DNA from: Macrostomum lignano
Taxonomy: Eukaryota
NCBI GenBank assembly: GCA_002269645.1
Contig: NIVC01002092.1
Span: 145,327-209,326, forward strand
Length of the DNA stretch: 64,000 nt
Reading direction: 5' to 3'
Shown here: positions 25,084-37,009 of the stretch, one piece after another
Layout: each line of letters begins with the position of its first letter
Position numbering within the stretch: position 1 is the stretch's first letter
Position numbers and translations under genes: made by a program
Notes under the pieces: model-generated
Told to the model about the DNA's origin: nothing
The model's database searches: none
Seen by the model: only the letters and a program-made list of their open reading frames with translations

Positions 25084-26766
25084 AAAGGAAGAGGAGGGGA
25101 GGAGAAAGAGGAAGGAGAGGAGGGAGAGGAGGGAGAGGAGGGAGAGGAGGGAGAGGAGGAATAGGAGAAAGAGGAAGGAGAGGAGGGAGAAGAGGGAGAG
25201 GAGGTAGAGGAGGGAGAGGAGGGAGAGGAGGGAGAGGAGGGAGAGGAGGAATAGGAGAAAGAGGAAGGAGAGGAGGGAGAGGAGGGAGAGGAGGGAGAGG
25301 AGGGAGAGGAGGGAGAGGAGGGAGAGGAAGGAGAGGAGGGAGTGGAGGGAGAGGATGGAGAGGAAAGAGAGGAAGGAGAGGAGGAGAGGAGGGAGAGGAG
25401 GGAGAGGAAGGAGAGGAGGGAGTGGAGGGAGAGGATGGAGAGGAAAGAGAGGAAGGAGAGGAGGGAGAGGAGGGAGAGGAAGGAGAGGAGTGAGAGGAAG
25501 GAGAGGAGGGAGATGAGGGAGAGGAGGGAGAGGAGGGAGAGGAGGGAGGAAGGGAGAGGAGGGAGAGGAGGGAGAGGAAGGAGAGGAGGGAGAGGAAGGA
25601 GAGGAGGGAGAGGAGGGAGAGGAGGGAGAGGAGGAAGAGGAGGGAGAGGAGGGAGAGGAGGGAGAGGAGGAAGAGGAGGGAGAGGAGGGAGAGGAGGGAG
25701 AGGAGGGAGAGGAAGGAGAGGAGGAAGAGGAGGGAGAGGAGGGAGAGAAAGGAGAGAAAGGAGAGGAGGGAGAGGAAGGAGAGGAAGGAGAGGAAGGAGA
25801 GGAAGGAGAGGAAGGAGAGGAGGGAGAGGAGGAATAGGAGGGAGAGGAAGGAGAGGAGGAAGAGGAGGGAGAGGAGGGAGAGGAAGGAGAGGAAGGAGAG
25901 GAAGGAGAGGAAGGAGAGGAAGGAGAGGAGGGAGAGGAGGGAGAGGAGGAAGAGGAGGGAGAGGAGGGAGAGGAGGGAGAGGAAGGAGAGGAGGGAGAGG
26001 AAGGAGAGGAAGGAGAGGAAGGAGAGGAAGGAGAGGAGGGAGAGGAAGGAGAGGAAGGAGAGGAAGGAGAGGAAGGAGAGGAAGGAGAGGAAGGAGAGGA
26101 AGGAGAGGAAGGAGAGGAAGGAGAGGAAGGAGAGGAGGCAGAGGAAGGAGAGGAGGAAGAGGAGGGAGAGGAAGGAGAGGAGGAAGAGGAGGGAGAGGAG
26201 GGAGAGGAAGGAGAGGAAGGAGAGAGGGAGAGGAAGGAGAGGAAGGAGAGGAAGGAGAGGAAGGAGAGGAGGCAGAGGAAGGAGAGGAAAGAGAGGAGGA
26301 AGAGGAGGGAGAGGAAGGAGAGGAGGAAGAGGAGGGAGAGGAGGAAGAGGAAGGAGAGGAAGGAGAGGAGTGAGAGGAAGGAGAGGAAGGAGAGGAAGGA
26401 GAGGAAGGAGAGGAGGGAGAGGAAGGAGAGGAGGAGAGGAGGGAGAGGAAGGAGAGGAAGGAGAGGAAGGAGAGGAAGGAGAGGAAGGAGAGGAAGGAGA
26501 GGAAGGAGAGGAAGGAGAGGAAGGAGAGGAGGGAGAGGAGGGAGAGGAAGGAGAGGAAGGAGAGGAAGGAGAGGAAGGAGAGGAAGGAGAGGAAGGAGAG
26601 GAAGGAGAGGAGGGAGGGAGAGGAGGAGGAGGAATAGGAGAAAGAGGAGAAAGAGGAAGGAGAGAAGGGAGAGGAGGGAGAGGAAGGAGAGGAAGGAGAG
26701 GAAGGAGAGGAGGGAGAGGAGGGAGAGGAGGGAGAGGAAGGAGAGGAGAAAGAGGAGGGAGAGGAG
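25084..26766. repeat. ~1.7-kb almost pure purine repeat (GAGGAGGGA/GAGGAAGGA 9-mers) in a TTLL10 intron
   Basis: Direct inspection. Confidence 0.97.
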
Positions 26767-26823
26767 ATATGACTAAGGGAGTTAAAAGTTTTCTCGTACG
26801 ATCGATTTCAAATGAAATTTTAC

Positions 26824-26836
26824 CTGCGGTTTGACC
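26824..26836 (-). CDS. TTLL10: Candidate 13-nt microexon of TTLL10 (GGTCAAACCGCAG)
   Basis: Flanked by tatAG and GTAAAA; lies 46 nt downstream of a GTGAAT donor. Inclusion gives ...FIFYSHGSNRSCRKML..., resembling the FYIGGSN motif I recall from vertebrate TTLL10. Confidence 0.5.
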
Positions 26837-26882
26837 CTATACTATAGTAAAAATACAGCACAGCATGCTCACATTAATTCAC

Positions 26883-27271
26883 CGTGAGAATAGAAAATAA
26901 AGTACTCCCCGCGCAGTGTGGTGTATCGTTCTCGAAACAGGGCGGCCCATTGTCTCGGCATCGTAGTTATCAGACAACAGACGTCGACGCGGCGCAGACG
27001 GCGTCGGAGCGGCCGTCAGTAGGTCAGCTGAGTCGGTGTGCATAACACTCGCGAGATTGGCCTCGCAGGTGCGAGCGTCAGCTGTCGCATTGGTGCACGA
27101 AACGGTGTCAATTGAAAGGTTGGATTCAGTTTCAACAAGGCCGATGGAGCCTTGAACGCAGACTCGATAGTCTCTGCGACCGTTTTTCAAGCGCATTCTT
27201 AGCTTGTCATCGACTGTCGCCGAGGATAAATACAGCAAATTGCGCTCATCAACGGTGGCTGATACGCTCAT
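26883..27271 (-). CDS. TTLL10: TTLL10-like 5' exon (reading frame ambiguous, see findings)
   Basis: Donor TCACG|GTGAAT at 26882. A 130-codon ORF frame and a shorter +1 frame (MPRQW...GEYFIFYSHG) both end here. Confidence 0.5.
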
Positions 27272-29426
27272 CGAGTTTTCTTGTTTTCCGTGCGATTGAC
27301 TGTTATGTAGAAAGGCAACTGAGCCGAGCCGTCAACCGTGGCATCATCTCGACCTCTTGATCCAGCAGATTTCGACGAAAGCAGTGCAAGTAAAGCCTTG
27401 TAATTCGCTTGTACAAAACGACCCGCTGCGATGCTTAGCTTCCAATAGGCTTTCTTGCTGCAATTTACCAGTAAGAAGTATCGTAACTTGCCAACCATGT
27501 AGATTCTGTCGTTGCTTACTTGCATTTTGGTATCTTGCGAATCATCTTGACCGACCAGCTGTGCATTTAGCGGATACTGACAAGTTAGTATGAGTTAATC
27601 GGTTGTACACGTGAGTATTTATGCATTTTGCATACCCTGAAAATCTCTATGGCCTAATTATTTCACACAAACGTCCAAGTTTAAATTAAAATTGCAAAAG
27701 AATTGTATTGAATTTGTCATGCAGTCTTGTGGTACCTGCGATCGGGTCGGTCCCCTGCTCCATAGTGACTATAGTTTATAGCATACTGCCAGGCGTTGGG
27801 ACGCACAGAGTAAAAATTTAACTGCATGTTTATACTCATGCAGTTGTCCAAGGGCAAAAACTTAGCCTGGCACCGTGTGGTGTCGGGAAGTTTAACGACG
27901 TACGTGTTTGATCTATACATGTATTATAATAGTAGGTACAGGTAAGCTGATGTAGCTACTGTATCGGTAGCTGAACATACAATTGTATACAAATGAGTAC
28001 ACGCCATTGGACCGCACTCCTGTATGGCCGCAGACTGCAGTTCTGTCGAACCCTGAAAGAAACAACACCAAGACAATGCAGATTAATGAACTATATTTCT
28101 ACATGCATTGTAAATGCAGCGACGTGGCGTTTCATGCTTCTAGAAATATTTTGGGAATTAAGATCTGATTGCAAAATACGTGCATAATAGCTACCAAAGT
28201 TTAGCTTTAAGCTCGTAATAAGTCCTTCGAGTTACTCGTATAGCTGTGCAAATTTTTACGCTTCCGTCCGGGGACCAAAGTGTAGATAGAATAAAATAGA
28301 GCAGAATAAAAATATTTTTCAAAGCAAAAATCCTGAAAAATGGGGTATATTCACAATTTTACTGTTTTGAGGCCTAGAATTTAACTACTCGGGTCAAAAA
28401 TTTGCCTCAATATAGCTCGATCGTCTATATATCTACACGTGTTTGAATGCTTAAATCGAAGTAAATAATGTGACCTTTTCAAAACTTGTATAAGCGCAAT
28501 AAAGCTTGTTTTATTCTGCAGGACTTCTATGGATCGTTTTATTTCGTGACTTTTTACACATGCATTACAATTAAAAATTTTAAGGCACCTCACCTAGTTT
28601 CCGGTAGATTCCCCAATCACGTGTTTAGCAATTCATATTACGACTTTGCGATCGTTGTCACGGTATTTGTATTTTCTAAGAATCATTTTCATAAGCTGCC
28701 ATCGAACTCCAAAGTGCTCAGTAAAAGTGCTCTGAAAATGTGATAGAATTACTCATAGCTACTTCCTATGGCTATACCATACCCTATATTTTTTAGGCTA
28801 CAGAAACTATTTACACTACTATACATAGGTATAGCTAGCTGCTATGCAAATATGTATCATATTTTCAAAAGTCCAGCTTTACTTTTTCATTCTTTAGAGT
28901 CCCTATTTAAAAAAACTTTCTGATTGTTGAATAGTTGGGTTTTTGTTTTGCATCTTTGTTTCTTCATAATTTGGAATTGTATATATTCCAAGTTATTTTA
29001 TATTCAATTAACTTCTAGAAAACAGCCCTAGTCCAGCTAGCGTAACCTTGTTAAAAGAGGGATATTTTTATGCCTTACTTAATTTTTGTCACTATCATTA
29101 ATTATTACTTATTTATTATTTATACCTATATTATCGAGATTTTTAGATATTTTAAACTTTACAAATGCTAAATAATAATTTAGAAATTTGGATTTATTTT
29201 TACCTATTGACTTAAGAAACTTTAAATCATATAGCCTTTCTAACAAAAATTGTAACTATTTATTGCTTTTTTAAATCTAATTCTAGTTCTAAATCTAAAA
29301 TCATATTCATTCTACCAGTTAGTCAATAATTTTATAATTTCTTCTTTTTAAAGGTTAAAGCACAAGGACTATCAAAATTTATTCACAAGGCAAATGAATC
29401 AAATCAAATGTCTTCCATGCTTTCAG

Positions 29427-30011
29427 TTGTCTCCAATGCTTTCAACATCTGTGCCAGCAACTCATGCCAGTCTGCAGCAGCGCTCGCAGCAGCTGCAGCA
29501 GGAGAAGCAGCGCCTGATGCAGATGCTTGATGAGCGACTCACTGGTCTGTTAGACATCCTTGGCAACGACTCTGACAGCCAATCCCACCCAGTGCAGCAG
29601 CCGTCTCCATCGTCAGACGATTCGCCAAAGCAGTCAGCGGCAGCAGAAGCCAGCAAGGCTCGGCAGGATCTGCCAGAGAAAGAGTTCCGCCAGCGTTGCA
29701 GTCTGCTCACCGAATTATTCGAACTGTCCCATTTTCGCACCCTTCAAAACGTATTTATTGCCTTGATGTCGCTCTACGGTTTGAGCACTCTGATCTGCGA
29801 CACCATGGACGGCAAGTCCCTTGTTGACACCCTGTCGCTGCCGTTGCTGCGCTGGGCGTTCGGCCGTCTGCCCGATGCCATCGCAATCTGGATGGCGATG
29901 CACGCGGCGGTGCTGCTGGCAGCCTACCCAGCCTACCATCACTATGCCGCCGCGCCACCTGTCTCCAGGCGCTGGCGACTCGCCTGGTTGGCTTCGTACA
30001 TCGCTTTTCAG
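29427..30011 (+). CDS. SOAT1: Sterol O-acyltransferase (ACAT/SOAT, MBOAT family), exon 1 of the coding region (ATG at 29436)
   Basis: Acceptor tttcAG at 29426; donor TTT CAG|GTGGGT at 30012. Reads EKEFRQRCSLLTELFELSHFRTLQNVFIA. Confidence 0.85.
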
Positions 30012-30037
30012 GTGGGTCGTTTGTGTCAAATCCATGA

Positions 30038-30038
<1 letters not shown>

Positions 30039-30079
<41 letters not shown>

Positions 30080-30132
30080 GCAGTTAGTTAGCTAGCTAGC
30101 TAGCTAGCTAGCTAGTTAGTTAGTTAGTTAGT

Positions 30133-30172
<40 letters not shown>

Positions 30173-30174
30173 CC

Positions 30175-30213
<39 letters not shown>

Positions 30214-30242
30214 CAGTTAGTTAGTTAGTTAGTCAGTTAGCC

Positions 30243-30273
<31 letters not shown>

Positions 30274-30274
30274 C

Positions 30275-30356
<82 letters not shown>

Positions 30357-30385
30357 GTAGTTAGTTAGTTTGTTAGTTAGTTAGG

Positions 30386-30427
<42 letters not shown>

Positions 30428-30433
30428 GTTAGT

Positions 30434-30464
<31 letters not shown>

Positions 30465-30467
30465 TTG

Positions 30468-30512
<45 letters not shown>

Positions 30513-30513
30513 G

Positions 30514-30557
<44 letters not shown>

Positions 30558-30558
30558 C

Positions 30559-30604
<46 letters not shown>

Positions 30605-30611
30605 CTAGTTA

Positions 30612-30642
<31 letters not shown>

Positions 30643-30672
30643 CAGTTAGTTAGTTAGTTAGTTAGTTAGTTT

Positions 30673-30704
<32 letters not shown>
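30039..30704. repeat. (TTAG)n microsatellite in SOAT intron 1
   Basis: Direct inspection. Confidence 0.97.
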
Positions 30705-31035
30705 ATGTAACCTGTCCATACTTTTACTGCTGAGCAGCTCCGCTCCCAAACGATCTCGTAATAATCAAGCTTTTTTTGCAACCAAACCGATGTGCTTTTG
30801 TTAATATATTATTGTAAATAATATAACATATATTATTATTCTATTACAAACCTGAGCGTGGCACCGGTTTTGTTTTCGTCGTTGTAAGTGACCTTTAAAA
30901 TGCTAGTTGCGCTACTGTGGGCAGTAGCGTATTCAGAAAATGCGCAATTAAAGCTTTTGGGAAAGTGCTTTGACGATACAAGCAAACTCTGCAATACTTT
31001 ATTGTGAACTCTCCCACACTTGCAAAAAATTGCAG

Positions 31036-31265
31036 CTTGGCTTCCTCGTGCTGCCGCTGCGCTCCCTGCTCGCCGTCCAGCTGCCTCCGGCCTCCGCCAT
31101 CATAGTGCTCACCGAACAGAGTCGCCTAATGATGAAGCTGCACGCGTTCGTGTGGGAGAGCGCCAGCCGGGGCGGACCATGTCCGAGCTTTGGTCGCTTT
31201 CTCTACTTCCTGTTCGCGCCCACGCTGGTGTACAGGGATGCTTATCCGCAGGACAGGCCAACCAG
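31036..31265 (+). CDS. SOAT1: SOAT/ACAT exon 2
   Basis: ttgcAG|CTT acceptor; ACC AG|GTGAGA donor. Motifs LPPASAIIVLTEQSRLMMKLHAFV and FLYFLFAPTLVYRDAYP. Confidence 0.9.
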
Positions 31266-32004
31266 GTGAGATGGCTGTTTAAGATGCTGTGTACAGGATT
31301 CCGCAGCCAGCAGGAAGTTAACGCAAACCCCTATCAGGAAAATAAAAATCATAGTATGTCCTAGACAATGCATGACTCTAACAGCCCGGCGCGAATGTCA
31401 ACTGCTTCTTTAATTCACAAAAATTTTCTCCTCAGCTTCTGTCCAACAAATAATCCTGATTTGTTGGTGATCAGTTGTATTAACGACTCAGCAACTGTTG
31501 AAAAGGCTTTGATAATTCGTCAATAGTGCGACGTGACCATTCAATGGCTGCTTCTATCTCTTCGTCATCCATGGTGATGCCTTGCAATGTCCTAAGCCGC
31601 TGAAGGACTTATTTCAAACGGATGCTATGCTCTTCTAATGTCCTTCCCATCACAATGATATCATCGAGATAACGAGCCAGCTTCCCCTGTCAATCATTGC
31701 AGTACACTGTGCATTACATACTGGAAGGTCTTGAAGCAATGAAGAAAATTGTGACGCTTTTTTCGATCGACTCAAGACCATTTCAAACGAATGTTCTAAC
31801 GAAATCAACAAAACAATCTGTTTCACGGAGAGGATTTAAAAAAATATCTGTTTTACGATCTACTTTTTAAGGCCCGATATTAGGAGTCTAATATGGGCCA
31901 GCTAACAAAGGTCTCATTATCATCAATTTGAATAGAATTCTTAATAAATGCCTACTGTTGGGCTTCTATCACATTTATCCCATGTTTATGCCTATCCCGT
32001 CCAG

Positions 32005-32295
32005 GTGGCGCTACGTTGCCTCTAACCTGGGCCAGGTGGCCGGCTGCGCCCTGTTCGCCCACCTGCTGCTGGTCCGCTACTGCCTGCCTGTGTTCTCACA
32101 CTGGCGCCGGCCCAGCCTCGCACACTTCATCCACACAGTGTTCCAGTCTGCTTTGCCGGGCGGCCTAGTCCTGCTACTAGCCTTCTTCGCCGTGCTGCAC
32201 TCCTGGTTGAATGCGTTCGCCGAGATGTTGCGCTTCGGCGATCGGCAGTTCTATCGCGACTGGTGGAATGTCACCTCGTTTCGCAGCTGGTACAG
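32005..32295 (+). CDS. SOAT1: SOAT/ACAT exon 3
   Basis: gtccAG|G TGG acceptor; TAC AG|GTGAGA donor. Motif LHSWLNAFAEMLRFGDRQFYRDWWN. Confidence 0.92.
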
Positions 32296-32442
32296 GTGAG
32301 ACAGCTGTTTGGCGGGTGTCAGTTATATCTCAGGTGAGACTGCTGTTTGGCGGGTGTCAGTCAGTCTCAGGTGTCAGGTGCTAGTACGAGCAGCTACTAT
32401 CGCAACTATGAAGGCCAACTCTATGGCCCAACCCCCCCGCAG

Positions 32443-32833
32443 AACCTGGAACACAGTAGTGCATGATTGGCTGTACGCCTACGTGTACAGAGAGCTGTGC
32501 CTCCGCTTCGGCAAGCGGTCCAGTTCCCTAGCAACCGGCTGCGTGTTCCTGCTCTCCTCCCTATTTCATGAGTACATTTTGGCATTCAGCTTGGGCTTCT
32601 TCTTTCCGGCTCTGTTTGTCTTCTTCTGCGGCGCCGGGTTCGGTTTGATGTTCGCCAACGGGCGCTCCCGGTTCTGGTCCGTGTTCGTGTGGGCCAGCCT
32701 GTTCCTTGGCATGGGCGCTCTCATGTGCCTGTACAGCATGGAGTGGTTCGCCAGAAGGAACTGCCCCACAGCCTATCCTGGTCGGCCCGTTCTGGACTTC
32801 CTGGTGCCGCGATCGTTCACGTGTCCCATGTGA
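32443..32833 (+). CDS. SOAT1: SOAT/ACAT last exon
   Basis: ccgcAG|A ACC acceptor. Motifs RTWNTVVHDWLYAYVY and LFHEY (catalytic His). TGA at 32831-32833. Confidence 0.92.
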
Positions 32834-32869
32834 CAGGGCTGCTCTGCGTGACTTTGATCCCAAATGTGT

Positions 32870-33325
32870 AGTTTGAAATCCCAAATCAGTAGCTTGAAAT
32901 CCTTAATCTATAGAAATCCCCAATCAGTAGAAATCCCCAATCAGTAGAAATCCCAAATCAGTAGAAATCCCAAATCAGTAGAAACCCCAAATCAGTAGAA
33001 ACCCCAAATCAGTAGAAATCCCAAATCAGTAGAAATCCCCAATCAGTAGAAATCCCCAACAATCAGAAATCCCCAATCGTTAGAAATCCCCAACAACTAG
33101 AAGTCCACAATCAGTAGAAATCCTCAATCAGTAGAAATCCCCAACTACCAGAAATTTCCAATCATTAGAAATCTCCAACAACCAGAAATCCCCAACAACT
33201 AGAAATCCACAATCAGTAGAAATCCCCAATCAGTAGAAATACTCAATCAGTAGAAATTCCTAACAACTAGTCTAGAAATCCACAATCATTAGAAATCCCC
33301 AATCAGTAAAAAATGCCAATAATTG
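32870..33325. repeat. Degenerate ~17-bp tandem repeat (TAGAAATCCCCAATCAG) directly 3' of SOAT
   Basis: Direct inspection. Confidence 0.9.
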
Positions 33326-34030
33326 GAAATCGCAAATCTGTGAATTGAAGAATCGCATTATTATATCTAATTATTTGCTACCGATTTACTAATTCAAGTA
33401 CTATTTTATAGCTAATTAATTGCGTTATTTTTCTTAAACTAGATAATTATATACCAATGTGCTTATTTGTCTACTCTTAAAGTAGCTGGCAGTAGTAGAT
33501 AGTATTCGTTTCTGTTGGCTCTTGCCATGAGTTTTTGTATTGTCTACATGTCGGTATTGTGTTGTATTAATTCGTATAGTCCCTCTGTGCGAACTTATCA
33601 CGCAATCAGAAGTATTTTATTGATTTACTTTGTACTCAATAATTCAATATTTTATTGTCATTTCTTAACACTTCTTCAATTCCAAAAATGACATATCTAC
33701 CGCTATACTATTGATAAGAATAACTTGAAGTCACTCGCAACAATGTGGTTATCTACATTTTTTCAGTAGTAAAATTAGCGTTTTTTTGCCTTTTAGGCTC
33801 AACAATTGCCTTGGCTTTCTACAAGCAGACCCATTAAAGTTACATCTTCATCTCGTTTTACCGACTTTTCAGACTGCCTCAGACTCGAAATTATTCAGAA
33901 AAAATTGAAGGAAAACTTCAAAACCCTAAATCCAGTGCGTGTGCGTAGCGATCAAGAGAAAAGGGGTGGCGCCCCAGCCCTAAGCCAGGCCGATAAACAG
34001 TTTGGCTTTATTCCCCTTGCCCGCTTATGT

Positions 34031-34258
34031 CTAACTTTGACCTCTCTCCTTACTGCTCTCTCATTGGCTGAGCAAGATTGGGCCTGTCCCTAGACTGAGT
34101 TTCGTCCGCCTAACTTTGACCTCTCTCCCTACTGCTCTCTCATTGGCTGAGCAAGATTGGGCCTGCCCCTAGACTGAGTTTCGTCCGCCTAACTTTGACC
34201 TCTCTCCCTACTGCTCTCTCATTGGCTGAGCTAGATTGGGCATTGAGTTTCGTCCGTC
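34031..34258. repeat. 79-bp tandem repeat, about 3 near-identical copies, each with two ATTGG (reverse CCAAT) motifs
   Basis: Units start at 34031, 34110 and 34189. Confidence 0.88.
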
Positions 34259-35074
34259 TTGTGTTGTGTACATCACAACGTCATCACATTCACTTGTGTA
34301 CATCAAGTTAAATGCTTGTTCATTCTTAACCCCTTATGCTCATGAGGCCGCAAACTCCGATCCGAGTAAAAGGAAAGTAAATTTTAGCTGCCACATTAAA
34401 TTTAAGTGACACAGTGTAGAAAAACTACTGAATAAAGAGTAGATACAACTTTTTCAACCTTTCATTGCGAGTAACATCTCTAGTTACTCTGTCTGTGACG
34501 TGGACTGTATTATACTATACAATAAAGCGACATTAGTAATGCTAATTGTGTTTGCAAATTTTATCATGTTAATACTTTAAACTTTTGAATTGCCTTTTTT
34601 CTTCTAAAACTTTTACAAGAAGTTTTGCTAAGCCTCTTTATTTCGAATACCAAATAATTTATGATTATTAAGATTAATCGTATTATACTATACGGTTTTT
34701 TCTTTTTCTAGGTAAGGGAGACTTAATAACAATTTAATTTTTTCTAAGCGTAAAGCTCAATTAGCCCTTATTGTCAGGAGTAAACTGTACAATTGTACTC
34801 ATTAACCCTGCTGAAGCAAAAAATAGCAACAAAAAATTAAAGCTAAAAAGACAGCCAGCCTTCTCCGAGTTGACAATTCACGGCCAGCTGTATTTCTAGC
34901 GCTCATATTTAGTCTGTATATTTAGTTTGATAGATGAAGCTGCTGCACTGGTCCGTTGAAATTCAGACAGTCTTTGTCGAGCTTCCAGGCAACAGGAATG
35001 ATCCGTGAGAAAGGTCAGTTAAAGGTCACTTGAAGCCTTGGGGGGGACTTAGATTCGGTCTCTGTGTTTTCACC

Positions 35075-35614
35075 TTATTTGCCCCAGCCAGGGGCGGGAG
35101 CGCGCTTACCCCATCCGGGAGCGCGCTTACCCCATCCGGGAGCGCGCTTACCCCATCCGGGAGCGCGCTTACCCCATCCGGGAGCGCGCTTACCCCATCC
35201 GGGAGCGCGCTTACCCCATCCGGGAGCGCGCTTACCCCATCCGGGAGCGCGCTTACCCCATCCGGGAGCGCGCTTACCCCATCCGGGAGCGCGCTTACCC
35301 CATCCGGGAGCGCGCTTACCCCATCCGGGAGCGCGCTTACCCCATCCGGGAGCGCGCTTACCCCATCCGGGAGCGCGCTTGCCCCAACCGGGAGCGCGCT
35401 TACCCCAACCGGGAGCGCGCTTATCCCAGTAGGCAGCATCGCTATCATCCTCAACGGCATCATCGTCGTCCATCGACTTGTCGGCTATCATGGATTCCAA
35501 GTCGTCGTCGAGTTTGCGTTCTCGATCTGGGTTCTCGGCGCCAGCAGCTGCAACAATGACAGCGACCGCGACAATCAGCAATAGCAGCAATCGACTGGTT
35601 GCAAAGGCCGTCAT
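35075..35614 (-). CDS. APGWamide neuropeptide precursor (179 aa): signal peptide, acidic pro-region, 15 x APGW-GKR and a terminal APAPGW-GK
   Basis: ATG at 35614 (MTAFATSRLLLLLIVAVAVIVAAAG hydrophobic signal). KR-flanked APGWG units give amidated APGW-NH2. A 5'-UTR intron is likely (acceptor at 35659, GTAAAT donor near 35753). Confidence 0.93.
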   Translation of the reverse strand: MTAFATSRLLLLLIVAVAVIVAAAGAENPDRERKLDDDLESMIADKSMDDDDAVEDDSDAAYWDKRAPGWGKRAPGWGKRAPGWGKRAPGWGKRAPGWGKRAPGWGKRAPGWGKRAPGWGKRAPGWGKRAPGWGKRAPGWGKRAPGWGKRAPGWGKRAPGWGKRAPGWGKRAPAPGWGK

Positions 35615-37009
35615 TGTCTGAAGCACAACTCTTCCTTTACTTGTGCTTGTATTGTTTGCTGCAACAAGGTATAAAAACAAACTTTTACTATTTCAGTCGC
35701 AGCAAGAATAAGTTTTCTCAAAATAGACTTAGACTCTCACCTTTCCTAATTTACTTGCGGCAGAGCAGATTCGGGTTGATGAGAGTTCTTGGCCGCTGTT
35801 CACTGAATGCCGGGGCTTTCAAGTCTGCAGTGTAGCGTGGGGAGAACAGTTGGTGAAATGCTCCAGCTTATTTATACTGGAAAGAGGGAGAGTTTCTTTG
35901 GAACTCAGCGTCGGAACTCGGATTCATCTGTTTCGAACCAGACTGTGTGTCGCCTGTCAGAGCGGCTTGGCTTTAATCTTCATCTCGTTCCTGTTCTGTC
36001 AGCGGGGGTCCTTACTCTTGGGATTTTGCGCGCCTTGCTTATCCTCTTATAGTCCCTTTAAGATTCCTGCAGCCAATTCTGAAACATTTTCCGAGATTAA
36101 AAACGCCAAAAAGCAGATTAAGGATTAACAAACATGACTTTATGGGGAGTTTATTTAGTCATGATTAAACTCCCAACTCAAATTTGGCTGACAAATACCT
36201 GCCAAGGTTGTCGGATCAGTTTGACGTGCTGACCTCACCTACCGGCTAAGCCAGTGTCGCATGGAGCATGGAGCTGATGAATGTCTCTTCTTTTTTGGGC
36301 GCTAGTTCTTATCTAATCAAAGCATTGGCAAACTTGTCTCCTAAATTTAATGTTGGATTCATCCATGGCTGCCGCGCGTTTTAACACCGGATAGTTCTGT
36401 CTACGGATTTGAGTGCGGGACGTCTGTTCCTGCATCGCACAGCTTCCTTCACCCCGTTTAGGCGCAACTGCAAAACTCCGATACTATCGGCGATTCCTTT
36501 TGGATAATCGGAGCACTTTTTTGGCAGTATCGAACATCGGTATACTTTCGATATAATTTTTCATTTTTTTACCGATGAGTCAGATAATGCGTTAAATTAA
36601 AAAGTTAACAGATGTTTTGTACGCGGTAAAAAGTTATTATGAAACAAGAAGGCATATTATTAAAATATTGGTAACATTATTACTGCCAGTGTCATTGACT
36701 CATTAAATTATCATTACAAAACCCTATGTATTTATCAATTATCATATTTCATGCTACAAGCTCTGCAACACTGTATGATTATCGAGAGGTCACGCTTCAC
36801 ACACAACTGCCATGGCGTCGAGGCCGGTAGGCCGAGACGCGGTAAGGCAGTTGTGTGTGAAGCGTATCTCGATAGTGGAATTGTGTCTATTTTCGACCAA
36901 AAACCAATTCAAAACGGCTAGGATACAACTTCCCAGACGGGAATTGTTCACTAATCGATTCAAGGGATTTGTGTCATAGGCATTTTCCACTTGGCGCAAG
37001 CCAAATGAT

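Noticed and set aside
25342-26834. Long Arg/Gly- and Glu/Gly-rich ORFs (protamine- or RGG-like)
   Set aside because: They are translations of a purine-only intronic repeat that lacks stop codons by composition.
30039-30704. Interstitial telomeric repeat
   Set aside because: The unit is TTAG, not TTAGG or TTAGGG.
35026-35584. Overlapping ORFs ALPDGVS, SALTPSG and GARLPHP
   Set aside because: They are alternative-frame and antisense shadows of the 21-nt APGWGKR repeat.
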